A stretch of DNA of 64,000 bases, taken from contig NW_027361677.1 of assembly GCF_039654945.1 (NCBI RefSeq), positions 19,964,001-20,028,000 of the forward strand, read 5' to 3'. Below the pieces are notes generated by a model. That model made no database searches and was not told the origin of the DNA. It saw only the letters and a program-made list of their open reading frames with translations. The stretch is from Dendrobates tinctorius (taxonomy: Eukaryota). The position numbers and the translations under genes were made by a program. Within the stretch, counting starts at the first letter, position 1. Every line of letters starts with the position of its first letter. This document shows, one piece after another, positions 24,101-34,960 of this stretch.

Positions 24101-27100
24101 GGAAAGGTGAGTACGTAAATGAGCTCTCCGCCAGCAGGAAGGAAACTATCTCTCTAGTGCCACCGATAGTCAGCTATGAGTAGTCACCCATCCAGAAGAG
24201 GTAAAAATATTGGGGTGCTGAGGAATATCAGTGATTGTAGGTTCTATTTGGTTCTATTACTTATGGGATTTTTCATAAATAATAAATGTTAATACTGCTG
24301 TGTAATTAATTACCCAAACTTGGGAAATTTTCAAGATCTGACCTTTCTTTATATACACAAGTTAAAAATTAATTTGATAGAATATACTGTAATCACCCCC
24401 CCCCCCCAACAATCCTCAGAAGTTGTCACTTATGCTTTGGATACTGATAACTTTTTTAATTTTGGCTATAAACTTTTATGGTTTGGATTTTGATAACTTT
24501 TAATTTCGGCAATAAACTTTTAAAGGCATAAAGACCTCCCTACCCTAGTAGGTTCAGATTGTCTGTGAAGTAGTTTAGTGGCGCTAACTCCCAACTGAGG
24601 TTATGGCTTCCATGACATCCTGGGAGTTGGAGTCTTTAAAACAACTGAAGAAAATCAGATTGGAGACCACAGCTATACAGCAATGGCCGGACCTGCCTTC
24701 ACATCACTTTGACATTCCAACTTTCTCTGATCATCTAAACTTTGAGGGTATTTTCTCCAAGAAGTGATGACATAAAGTTTTCCAAGACACATCAAACACT
24801 TTTTTGCAGATTTTCTTTTTTTCTAACAGTGTAATTATGTTTTCTGGAACAAATAATATGTTTCATGCTCGGGTTAGAATACGTTACATTGACGCCCCCG
24901 ACTTGCCACACTTCAGCCATATTTGCCCACCCTGAATTTTTTTGTTTTTCCATGACCTCACAGTCCCGACTGCTCAATTAAGTCAAGAACCACCCTGAAA
25001 AATCTGTAAATCATTAAATATTGGAGGGATATGAACTTTTCCAGGCAGTCGGATGACTTTTTAGGATGCCAGACAGGGACATTTACCTAATAAAATTACC
25101 CATTAGTCCAATACATAGTGATAATGATAAGATCAATATTGTATAAAGTCATCTACTGATATTTGGACGGATCCTGACTTTGGATGCTGCCATATTTGGT
25201 CCACAGCTGATGGCTTTGTATCTGTTGCAGAACTACAACTCTCATGATCCAATGTTCCCCATCAGCTGTAAGGACAATTTCTAGCTTTATATCTATAGGT
25301 TGGAGACCTTAAAGGGTTATTACCAAAATATGTAATTTGCCTCCATCTTTTGGGATTACGCAGCAGTCGGCATAGATTATGAATGAATGGAGTGGAGGTC
25401 GAGCACCATTCAAGATGGTCCTCGAAGTCCCTGCAACCATTTCACATCTGGACTTACTATCTTCATACAGAAAGTCATCTTGGAGATGAATCGCCTTGGA
25501 ATGATGGTGGATTTAGCTCATGTTTCGGAAAAGACGATGAGAGACGCCCTACAAGTCTCTGTGGCCCCCGTCATATTCAGTCACTCATCTGCCTTCCATC
25601 TATGCAATCATGCCAGGAACGTGAAAGATGACGTGCTCACAATTGTGGTGAGAAAATCAGAAAGTCTTGTAGGACTAGAATAAGACTGAAGGTGAAAATC
25701 CACGCCCAGGCTCTCCCCTTTCTAAAGTCTTCCCTTCACTGTGTGACCATTGCTTATCTTGGCTCAGGCAGTACATAGACTTGTTCACCTTCATCCACTA
25801 GAATATTTCAGCACAGATGCAGGTCTCTCTGCTTCTGCCTCCTCCTCCATAGACTTCAATGGATAGCTGTAATCTGATCCCTCAGTAAACTGGCAGTCTG
25901 TCTTTTTTTTTATCAATTTGGATTTTGCATGGCATGATACATGACAGGGCTTCCAGCAGTCATTGGAGCAGGCTTTGATTATTGCTATTTAAATCACTTA
26001 AATGCCGCTATCAGTCTTTTACAGCTTAATTTAACTACAGTATTTTTTATTTTTTTTGTTGCATTTTCTTTATTTTTGGATGGGGGAAAGGGTAACACCA
26101 TGGCACCCCGGGTTAGTACAGGTGGCCGGATGGGCTCCTAAAACTATATTTCTGGTTCTTGAATAAAGGGGAGGAAAAAGCGAATGCGGAAAATTGCAAA
26201 ATTGGCCGTAGCGGGAAGGGGTTAAATTGATCAATGGCTACTGAAAAGTTGCCATGATATAAGAGAAACTCCACAAAACCTCCTGACATCCTCTGTTTCT
26301 CAATACAGAAAGAAAAGAAGGGTCTGGTGATGGTGAACTTCTATAATGACTATGTCACATGCAAAACAGCTGCCAATCTGTCTGATGTGGCCGGTAAGTA
26401 GTGATCTGATAGTATGGAGTCCATGTTCTGTCTCCTATAGGACCATCAGCCTAGTAATGGGTGCGATATTAAAGTGTTAATTCTGAATCCATTGCCTCTG
26501 ACCTGTCATGGAGTCCTTAGATGCAGTTTTGCCTTTTTTTTTTTTTTTGCATCATTTACATTTATGTTTATCTTTCCATAGATCATTTTGATCACATTAA
26601 AAAAATTGCTGGATATGAATGTGTTGGATTTGGAGGTGATTATGATGGAGTCCCCAGGTAAGCTGGATAAAAACTACTCCTTTAGAAATAATACAATTCT
26701 AGCTTCTTGCAGCCACCACTAGAGGGAGCACACTGCATACACTCTAAAAAAAAAAAAATAATAATAATTATGCTCCCCCTGGTGGCTGTAGACGGAATTG
26801 AATCAGGAAATTTTACATTTTTTCCATTAGATTTGGACAGAGCGTGGGACATAGCAGGTCATTTTATACTTGGGCAAAAAAAAGGCCCTCTGATCAGTAT
26901 GCAAAACAATCAATTAAAATAGCACATTAGGTCACTTAAATGCATATAATTAAAGCTAAAAATTAATTTTTTTTTTTGCAGTTGGATTTCATTAAATATG
27001 TCGCACCATTTGCTTCTATTTCCTGTGTTGTGCTGACTATTGCTGTCTGCCGAATGAGTTAACTTAGAATCGGTCAGCGAGCTCGTTCTGACGTCTGATA

Positions 27101-28707
27101 GGAGAGCAACGTAACTCTTTTATCCCGCTTTTTTCCGAGCTCCTCTCATCTAATTTATGGCCACAGACTACATCAAAGTTCAAAGCAGATTAACCCCTTC
27201 ACTTCTCGGACGAGTCTTCGCCTTTTGTTTTTTTATCTACTTCTTCCCAGAGCCATAACTTTTTTTTTTTTAATTTTTACAGCCATATGAGGGCGTTTTT
27301 TTTTTTTTTTTTGGGGCGAGTTGTATGTTTGAATGACACTGTTCATTCTGCCACGTAGTGTACCGGAAAATGGGACAAAAAAAATCTAAGCATGGTGAAA
27401 TTCCAAACAAAAAAAAGGTGCAATTCCACAATGATTTTTGTTTCTTTTTTATTTACCATGTTCAATATATGATAAAACTGACCTGGCATTATGATTCCCC
27501 AGGTCCGTACGAGTACACAGATGCCAAACCTGTATATGTTTGGTTTTTTTTTAAATTTAAGTGGTGAAAAAAAATTCCAAAATTTGTCCAAAAATTTTTT
27601 AGCTTTTGTTGCCATTTTTTGTGACCCGTAACATGTTCATTTTTCAGGATTTGGGGCTGGGTGAGGGCTTATTTTTATGCTCTGAGCTGGTGTTTTTACT
27701 GATACATTTTTGGGGTAGATAAAATGTTTTGATGGTCTTTTATTGCAATGTTGTGACAACCAAAAAAATGTAATTCTCGTGTTTATATTTTTTTTCTCGT
27801 TATGCTGTTTACCAGTCGGATTAATAATTTATTTTATATTTTGATCGATTGGACATTTCGGAACCAAATGTGTATTTTTTTTTTTTAATGGGGATGATTT
27901 TTGTTTTTTACTGTATTTAGTAGTCCACTTAGGAGAGTTGAAGCTGCCATAGTTCGATCGCTTGTGATATGCACAGTAGCATATATAGAAAAATCACTAT
28001 CTCCTATGAGGATCGTAATGACAGGTACAAGGGTCTTCAGCAGACCCCCCAGCTGTCAGGACAACACATCGGCGATCACATGACTGCATGCCAGGGTGAC
28101 AACCCATAAAGTCTCTGTTACAAAACATATCACCCAACTTTCCTAAAGATCTGAAAAATACATCTGCCATGGTCTGGGGGCTTTTCTTCCTGTTCAGGAC
28201 TCTAGTAAAGCCACATGACTATGCTGTCCCATAACATAGCATACATATCACCCAGCGTCCCATAATCAGAATATAATGCATGCATGGGGCACGTGTTCAT
28301 TATCTTATTATCTTAGGGTACCGGATGGTCTGAAAGATGTATCCAAGTACCCGGACCTTGTGGCGGAGCTGCTACGGAGAGGATGGACGCAGACAGAGCT
28401 TGAGGCAGCCCTGACTCATAACCTCCTTCGTGTCTTGAGCGAGGTGGAGCAGGTGAGCTCCTGCGCGGATTTAATGGCGGCCATTGGGCCGAAGCTTGCC
28501 CTGAATATAACGTCTTCTCTTTCTTCCTAGACAAGTATCAACATGAATTCTGAACAGCCCCTGGATGAACCCATAGATTACAAGGAGATTAAGGATGACT
28601 GTCGCACCAGCTATGGCTACGATATATCCACCGGTACCGCCATCCTTCCACATGTTGGCAAAGGGCTTCTTCTTCTCATGTGTCTTTTTTACCCTTTGTC
28701 CCTTTAA
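18012..28707 (+). CDS. DPEP1: Dipeptidase 1 (renal membrane dipeptidase, M19, GPI-anchored), 10 coding exons, 415 aa
   Basis: Spliced exons give a signal peptide, [50 protein letters not shown], the dimer Cys in CRTSYGY and a hydrophobic GPI tail. All introns are GT-AG with matching phases. Syntenic with CHMP1A and CDK10. Confidence 0.96.
19188..19314 (+). CDS. DPEP1: DPEP1 coding exon 2
   Basis: [16 protein letters not shown]...[15 protein letters not shown]. Confidence 0.95.
19396..20156. mobile_element. PIF/Harbinger-type MITE with internal telomere-like repeats
   Basis: TAA-GGCTGGTTTCACACTTGC ... GCAAGTGTGAAAGTAGCC-TAA; sub-terminal AAAACGCATGCGTTTT repeats; degenerate (GGGTTA)n at about 19752-19975. 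Confidence 0.75.
21001..21133 (+). CDS. DPEP1: DPEP1 coding exon 3
   Basis: [34 protein letters not shown]. Confidence 0.95.
21239..22841 (-). mobile_element. Full-length Tc1-like DNA transposon (IR/DR type) in a DPEP1 intron
   Basis: TA-CAGTGGGGAAAAAAAGTATTTAGTCAG... about 205-bp near-perfect TIRs, TA TSD at both ends, 1603 bp. Confidence 0.97.
21456..22475 (-). CDS. Tc1 DD34E transposase, uninterrupted 339-aa ORF
   Basis: HTH region, GAPRK (GRPR-like), [24 protein letters not shown]; 34 residues between the second D and the E. Confidence 0.95.
   Translation of the reverse strand: MVKTKELSKDTRNKIVALHQAGKTESAIVNQLGVKKSTVGAIIRKWKTYKTTDNLPRSGAPRKIPPRGVRMITRTVSKNPRTTRGDLVNELQRAGTNVTRPTISNTLRHHGLRSCSARRVPLLKPVHVRARLKFAREHLDDPEEFWENVLWSDETKLELFGRNTTCRVWRKKNTEMHPSNTIPTVKHGGGNIMLWGCFSAKGPGRLIRVHERMNGAMYREILSANLPSARALKMKRGWLFQHDNDPKHTARATKEWLCKKHFKVLEWPSQSPDLNPIENLWRELKVRVAKRKAKNITALEEICMEEWANIPTTVCGNLVKTYRKRLTSVIANKGYITKY
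22947..23097 (+). CDS. DPEP1: DPEP1 coding exon 4
   Basis: [42 protein letters not shown]. Confidence 0.95.
23379..23939. mobile_element. Palindromic MITE (T2/Kolobok-like, TTAA target)
   Basis: AGGGGTT... to ...AAACCCT-TTAA; nearly the whole element is one inverted repeat. Confidence 0.75.
24037..24106 (+). CDS. DPEP1: DPEP1 coding exon 5
   Basis: [23 protein letters not shown]. Confidence 0.95.
25471..25647 (+). CDS. DPEP1: DPEP1 coding exon 6
   Basis: [19 protein letters not shown]...PVIFSHSSA...RNVKDDVL. Confidence 0.95.
26309..26393 (+). CDS. DPEP1: DPEP1 coding exon 7
   Basis: [28 protein letters not shown]. Confidence 0.95.
26582..26657 (+). CDS. DPEP1: DPEP1 coding exon 8
   Basis: [25 protein letters not shown]. 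Confidence 0.95.
27191..28100. mobile_element. AT-rich non-autonomous piggyBac-like fragment; right boundary approximate
   Basis: Starts TTAA-CCCCTTC; a related end GAAGGGG-TTAA lies at about 26215-26225. Confidence 0.4.
28317..28452 (+). CDS. DPEP1: DPEP1 coding exon 9
   Basis: [24 protein letters not shown]...[11 protein letters not shown]. Confidence 0.95.
28531..28707 (+). CDS. DPEP1: DPEP1 coding exon 10 (GPI signal, stop)
   Basis: [21 protein letters not shown]...[17 protein letters not shown]. Confidence 0.92.
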   Translation, partial: TSINMNSEQPLDEPIDYKEIKDDCRTSYGYDISTGTAILPHVGKGLLLLMCLFYPLSL

Positions 28708-30319
28708 ACCCTACAACTTCCCTCAAAATCCCATTATATTTAGTGTGGCACGTGTATCACTATGCAAATAGTGGCTGAAGAATGGGCACATTACATTTAT
28801 GGGTGCCATACTGAAAAAAAAAATACATTAGCCTTTTATAAGGTATTCAATATGCAATGCGAGCGCCACACCGTGTTATACTCCCTGGTATAAAAGTCCT
28901 TACTCCTTACAGTCTGCACCCGTGACCGTGCACTTTACTACTGTACATGTGGGACTAATGACAATTATGGAGTCACATCAGGCCCCCCATTATATAAAAT
29001 AGATATTTTTTTGTATAAAGCGTCTTTGTCTGCAATTTCTCCTACATAAAGATAGAACACCAGTGGGAATATGTATCATTGAGAAAAATAAGTGGCTCCT
29101 AGAAGGTTTTGAAGTGCGGACCTCCTATTTGGCACAATTCTCTTTCTCTCCTGTTGCTGAATTGAATCTATATATCTGTGGTCCAATTAAAGGCCCCGTA
29201 TCCATTGGAGGAAAGGAGGTCAAAGCCGCTGACTACAACAGGACCGGTCAACCAAGGATCAGGCAGGTGGAATTTTAGAGCCCGATGCTTTTATTTTCAG
29301 ACAGCAGCTTCCTCCTTTCTCCCCATCGAAAATGCATATGGGGGAGTCAGGAGGGAGAGCGGTCTGCTGGACGGACATATATCCCTTCCACCTAGTCGTT
29401 CATCCCTTCACTTTTTCAATCCAAGAGTATGCAATATGTATACCAGGACTCCACTCGCCAAACAGATGCCAAAAGATTGCCGTTTTGCCCTCGGTCAGAA
29501 TGGCTTGTTCTGCCATAACTCCACCCCCCCCCCAACTAAAAGTTCCCAATAAATAAAAACGAGCAGATATTTCGAAGATTGCAAAGAACTGATATAAGTT
29601 TTCCAGAATACTTTCTATAATATAAGACTGAGCTCTAACATTGGATGCTGATAGAAAAAAAAGGACACTTTGTAGCATGACCCGCGGCAGAAAATAGACA
29701 AATATAAAATAGTAACGAGCTTTATTAATTTATATTAGTATGAATTCAGAAATAGGAGTCACACATGGGAACAGCGGCATCTTCATAACATACCCATAGG
29801 TAACGGGGCCATCTCAGTAGTGCTAATATCTTGTCCATCCCTTTATATGTCTAGAGAGATCGGTGCAGACGTGCACTTTATTATATATTAGTAATCTATA
29901 TATATTGTATTTGGCATTATTTTTTTATAACCTCTCTGTTCCTCACCCTTAAGATTCCTCCCTTCAATGTGTGTCTTTTTTTTATGATTTTTTTATATTA
30001 TGAATTAATAAAGATTATTACTATTTGATATTATTTGTGACAATGCCGGTCGTTCCATAATAAATATGTTCAGGGTCCCATAGCCATGTCAGTGAGGTCT
30101 ACAGGGGTATTCAATGCAAGGGAAGCTGGATTTGTGGATTATTCAGGATATGTAAATATTAAGAGTGTTTCTAAGCAAAAAAAAATTACCATATATGTAT
30201 ACTTTATGTAATACATTTATGTATAATATACACACACGTGTATGTAATATATATTATATAGATATATATATACACACACACACACACACGTGTATACACT
30301 CATACATACCGTATATACA

Positions 30320-31778
30320 CAGGTGTGTGAAATTGTTTGCCCCTTTCTGTTTTCCTATTCTTTTGCATTTTTTTGCTTCACTTAAATGTTTCAGATCAAC
30401 GAACAAATGTAAATATTATACAAAGATAACACAGGTAATCACAAAATGCAGTTTTTAAATGAAGGTCTTTATTATTAAGGGAAAAAAGAAATCCAAACCT
30501 ACTGGGCCCTGTGTGAAAAGTGATTGTGGTTTATCACGTTTGAGAAGCAGAGTAAAAATTCCCTAGCCACACCCATTCCTGATTACTGCCACATCTGTTT
30601 TCAATCAATAAATCACTTAAACAGGACCTGCCTGACAAAATGAAGAATAATCAAACGTTACTCAAAAGCTAGACAACATGCTACGATCTGAAGAAATTCT
30701 GGAACAAATGAAAAACAAAGTAATTGAGATCTATCAGTCTGGAAAAGGTTATAAAGCCATTTCTCATATTTTGGGACTCCAGCAAACAACAGTGAGAGAC
30801 AATCATCTACCAATGGCCGCACTTGCCTCAGTTAAGGTCAGTGTTCATGACTTTACCATAATAAAGAGTGTGGGCAAAAATGGCCAGCATGGTAGAGTTC
30901 CAAAATGAAGACCACTGCTGAGCAATAAGAACATCAAGGATTGTCTCAGTTTTGCCAGAAAACATCTTGATGAGCCCCAAGACTTTGGGGAAAATACTCT
31001 ATGGACTGATAAGACAAAAGTTCAACTTTTTGGAAGGTGTACGTTCCATTACATCTGGCATAGAAGAAACACAGCATTTCAGAAAAGGAACATCATACCA
31101 ACAGTAAAATATGGTGGTGGTAATGTGATGCTCTGGGCTGTTTTGCTGCTTCATGACCTGGATGGCTTGTTGTGGTAAATGGAACCATGAATTCTGCTGT
31201 TTACCAAAAAATCCTGAAGGACAATGTCCAGTCATCTGTTCGTGACCTCAAGCTGAAGCACACTTGGGTTATGCAGCAGGATAATGATCCAAAACACACC
31301 AGCAAGTCCACCTCTGAATGGCTTAAGGAAAACAAAATTAAGACTTTGGAGTGGCCTAGTCAAAGTCCTGACCTTAATCCTTTTGAGATCCTGCGGAATG
31401 ACCTTAAAAAGGCGGTTCATGCTCAGAAACCCTCCAATGTGGCTGAATTACAACAATTCTGCAAAGATTAGATAGCCAAAACACCTCCAGAGCGTTGTAA
31501 AAGACTCATTGCCAGCAATCACAAGTGCTTGATTGCAGTTGTTGCTGCTAAGGGTGGCCCAACCAGTTATTAGGTTTAGGGGTAATGACTTTTTCACGCA
31601 GAGCCCTGTAGGCTTGGATTTCTTTCCCTCAATAATAAAGGGAAAAAAAAACTGCATTTTGTGTTTACTTGTGTTACTTGTCTAATATTTACATTTGTTT
31701 GGTGTATGAAACATTTGTGTGACAAACATGCAAAAGAATAGGAAATCAGGAAGGGGCAAACACTTTTCCACACACCTG
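30320..31778 (+). mobile_element. Degenerate Frog Prince/Txr-like Tc1 transposon
   Basis: TIRs CAGGTGTGTGAAATTGTTTGCCCCT / AGGGGCAAACACTTTTCCACACACCTG. Fragments KVIEIYQSGKGYKAIS, ASVKVSVH, QQDNDPKHTSKST and [10 protein letters not shown] match the Frog Prince-type transposase. Internal deletion, stops and frameshifts. Confidence 0.85.
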
Positions 31779-31942
31779 CATGTTATATCTAATTCGCTGG
31801 CAAAGTGCTGGAGAGGAGATATGTTTCACAGAGGCTATTTGCTTCAGTGATGTGAACCCAGAAGTTTCCTCCAGCACATTAAAATTTTTTAAATGTGTAT
31901 ATTTAAAAATATATTTAAGTGTGTGTATATGAAATCATACAC

Positions 31943-32600
31943 ACGTATGTAAATGTTTAGGCACCCATGGTCAAAATTACTGTTATTGTGAACAGTTAAG
32001 CAAGTTGAAGATAAAATGATCTCTAAAAGGCCTAAAGTTACAGATGACACATTTACTTTGTATTTTAGGAAAGAAAAATATTTATCTTTTACATTTTAAA
32101 AATTCCAAAAAGGAAAATAGGCCAATGCAAAAGTCTGGGCACCCTGCATGGTTAACACCTAGTAGCACCCAGTTTTGTAAGTATCACAACTTGTAAACTC
32201 TTTTGTAGCCAGACAAGAGTCTTCTAGTTCTTGTTTGAGGGATTTTCATCCATTCTTCCTTTGGAAACTTCTTCCAGTTCTGAGAGATTCCTGGGTCTTC
32301 TTGCATCCTCTGCTATTTTAGCAGATTTTCAATGATGTTTAGATAAGGGGACTCTGAGGGCTATTATACAAACTTCAGCTTGCGCTTTTTGAGGTCGTCT
32401 AGTGTGGATTTTGATGTGTTTAGGATCATTATCCATAACCCTAACAGGCTAATTAAGGTCTGAAGCCTTGGTCAAGGTTATCTGGACACACAAATCTCCA
32501 AGGTTACCCAAAAGTTTGCATTTGAGCATTTTCATTTTAGTAATTTTTAAAATGTAAAAAAAGTATATTTTTTTGCCTAAATAACAGTAATTTTGAATAT
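31943..32600 (-). mobile_element. Internally deleted Tc1-like remnant
   Basis: TIR-like AAAATTACTGTTATT / AATAACAGTAATTTT; the minus strand retains DNDPKH-like and EEWMKIP-like transposase C-terminal motifs. Confidence 0.5.
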
Positions 32601-33754
32601 ACACATACACGGCCAATTTTACAAGTTTTCCCACCATGCAAGATCTCACCTCATGGGGTAAGAATGATTCTGAGAATGGTCAGGAATCAGCCCAGAACTA
32701 CACGGGAGGACCTGGTCAATGACCTGAACAGAGCTGGCACCACAGTCTCAAACATTACCATTAGTAACACACCACACCGGCGTGGATTAAAATCCTGCAG
32801 GGTGACCAAGCTTTTACCCTTCGCCACGACAGCACCCACTTGGAGAGAGGGATCCGCCCATAGGAACAGGAAACCTACAGAGATAAAAGAGGGCGGTCCA
32901 CCTCTCCCCCTCAGTTGGTTTCCTGTTCCGATGGGGAACCGCAGGATACGCTACAGCTTACCTGGGCCAAGGAACCGCCTGTGCAGTGTCTGCGAGAACG
33001 GCAGGGGTTCTGGTCCAGAGGCAGCGACGGGGGAGTGCTGGAATCCGGCTCCCTCCTCGGCTGGTATGGAGTGCAGAGACACCGGTACCGGGTGGCGCCG
33101 ACCGGGGTCTGTCTGGGGTAACATGACACCGGGCAGGAGGATCCATTCCGGTCCATGTGGGGGCGCAGGAACCGGAGGAAACGGCAACCTCCGGCGTTCC
33201 TAGAAGGCTTCAGCGTCCAGGAGGACGCACATGCAGAGCGGCAGGATGTGGTAAGGAGGAACTTCCGGGTTACCGGAGGTTCCTCGACTCACAGCGCACG
33301 CGCGGATGGGCGGCACCGCAGGCATAGAGGCGCTCCCCGCCCCCTCCAGCAGAAAAAAAAAAAAAAAAAAAGAGAGAGCGATTCAATCTGCGCAAGCGGC
33401 TAGTGTCAGCGCTGATGCGCGTACTAATGAGCCGCAAATAGGCGCACCTGGAGGGGGAGGTACCAGGTATGAAGGGGCTTACAAAAGGCCTGGGGCACAG
33501 AGATATGGCGTGCAATCATGTCTTCACCGAGACAGGACACGCATCCCCAGGCAGGCGACGCAGTAGCAACCAAGGACCATACAAGACGAGGGTCCTCGGA
33601 TCGTAGCCACAGAAGCCACGCCAACAAGCCTCCTTCGCAGCCTGAGCCGGTACCTACAGCTTCCCTGGGTGAGTGGACGTCGCTCTGCCTATCAAGCTGA
33701 TAAAATGTCTCTCTCTCTCTCTCTACTCTCTCCCCTGCCGTCATCATATCTCAG

Positions 33755-34960
33755 GCAAAAAGGAAGGAAAAATCAAAAAATAAAGAGTGCGCCCTGTGTG
33801 CACGTCCGTTACCGGAATCTTACACAAAAAGGCTATGCAAAAAATGCATTAATGAGACGGCAAAACAGGCATCAGCCGTAGACATAAGGGCCATAATTAG
33901 GGAAGAGCTACAGGCCCTAAACCAGAGCAGGCCTTCTAATATCGAAACTACCAAACCAGCGGTTGTAGACACCGATGAAGGCGAAGTAGTCTCAGATAGT
34001 TCCAACGCATCCACATCAGCATCCTCCTCAGAGATGGAGGGCCGCTGCTGTTTTCCTTTAGATCACATGGATAATCTAGTCAAATCCGTGAGGAATACAA
34101 TGGGATGCACGGACACAAAGGAGCCGCAGACGACTCAAGAAATCATGTTTGCAGGTCTGACGGACAAAAAGAGGAGAGTTTTTCCAGTTATTCCAGCAAT
34201 AAAAGCGCTGGTTAAGAAAGAATGGGAGAGACAGGACCAGAGAGGGTATCTTCCCTCAACCTCAAAAAGAAGGTACCCCTTCGACGACGAAGAGTTGTCG
34301 ACATGGGGTAAGGTCCCAAAGGTAGATGCGGCAGTGGCCTCCGCCTCAAAGCAAACGGTCTTACCAGTGGAGGACACGGGCATTTTAAAAGACCCGCTTG
34401 ACCGCAAAGCTGACGCCTCTTTGAAGAGGGCATGGGAAGCAGCTACCGGCACATCTAAACTGGCAATAGCTAGTACCTGCACAGCTCGTTCTATGCTGGT
34501 CTGGATCGATCAACTGGACCAGCAAATAGACCAGAAGATCCCTAGAGACAAACTACGAGCCACCATACCACTAATCCGCGGTGCAGCAGCATATATAGCG
34601 GATGCTTCGGCTGATTCCTTACGTATGGCAGCCAGAACAGCGGGGTTGGCTAATAACGCCAGGCGTAGCCTGTGGCTTAAAAGCTGGAGAGGTGACACTC
34701 AGTCCAAAGCAAAACTGTGTACCATTCCTTGCGAGGGTGAGTTCTTATTTGGAAGAGCCTTAGATGAAATCCTTACGAAGGCAAAAGAAAGGAAAAAAGG
34801 ATTCCCTAACCCTCCTCTCCCATTTTATAGGAGGGCGTTTAGGAGAAGACCCTTCGGCCGGGGAAGATCAGCGGAGAATCAAAACCGCTGGGCCACAAAG
34901 GAAGGAAAAGGCAAAGGTGCCATCTTTAGGGGATCCTCCTTCCGCAGGGACAGGAACTGA
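33755..34960 (+). CDS. DIRS gag-like ORF (CxxC...CxxC knuckle plus LAP2alpha-C-like domain)
   Basis: Open frame from 33755: ECALCARPLPESYTKRLCKKC, then PKVDAAVA...KDPLDRK...RRSLWLKSW...GEFLFG. Confidence 0.85.
   Translation, partial: AKRKEKSKNKECALCARPLPESYTKRLCKKCINETAKQASAVDIRAIIREELQALNQSRPSNIETTKPAVVDTDEGEVVSDSSNASTSASSSEMEGRCCFPLDHMDNLVKSVRNTMGCTDTKEPQTTQEIMFAGLTDKKRRVFPVIPAIKALVKKEWERQDQRGYLPSTSKRRYPFDDEELSTWGKVPKVDAAVASASKQTVLPVEDTGILKDPLDRKADASLKRAWEAATGTSKLAIASTCTARSMLVWIDQLDQQIDQKIPRDKLRATIPLIRGAAAYIADASADSLRMAARTAGLANNARRSLWLKSWRGDTQSKAKLCTIPCEGEFLFGRALDEILTKAKERKKGFPNPPLPFYRRAFRRRPFGRGRSAENQNRWATKEGKGKGAIFRGSSFRRDRN

Noticed and set aside
32664-33203. 179-aa ORF
   Set aside because: A chance read-through from the Tc1 fragment into the DIRS left ITR.
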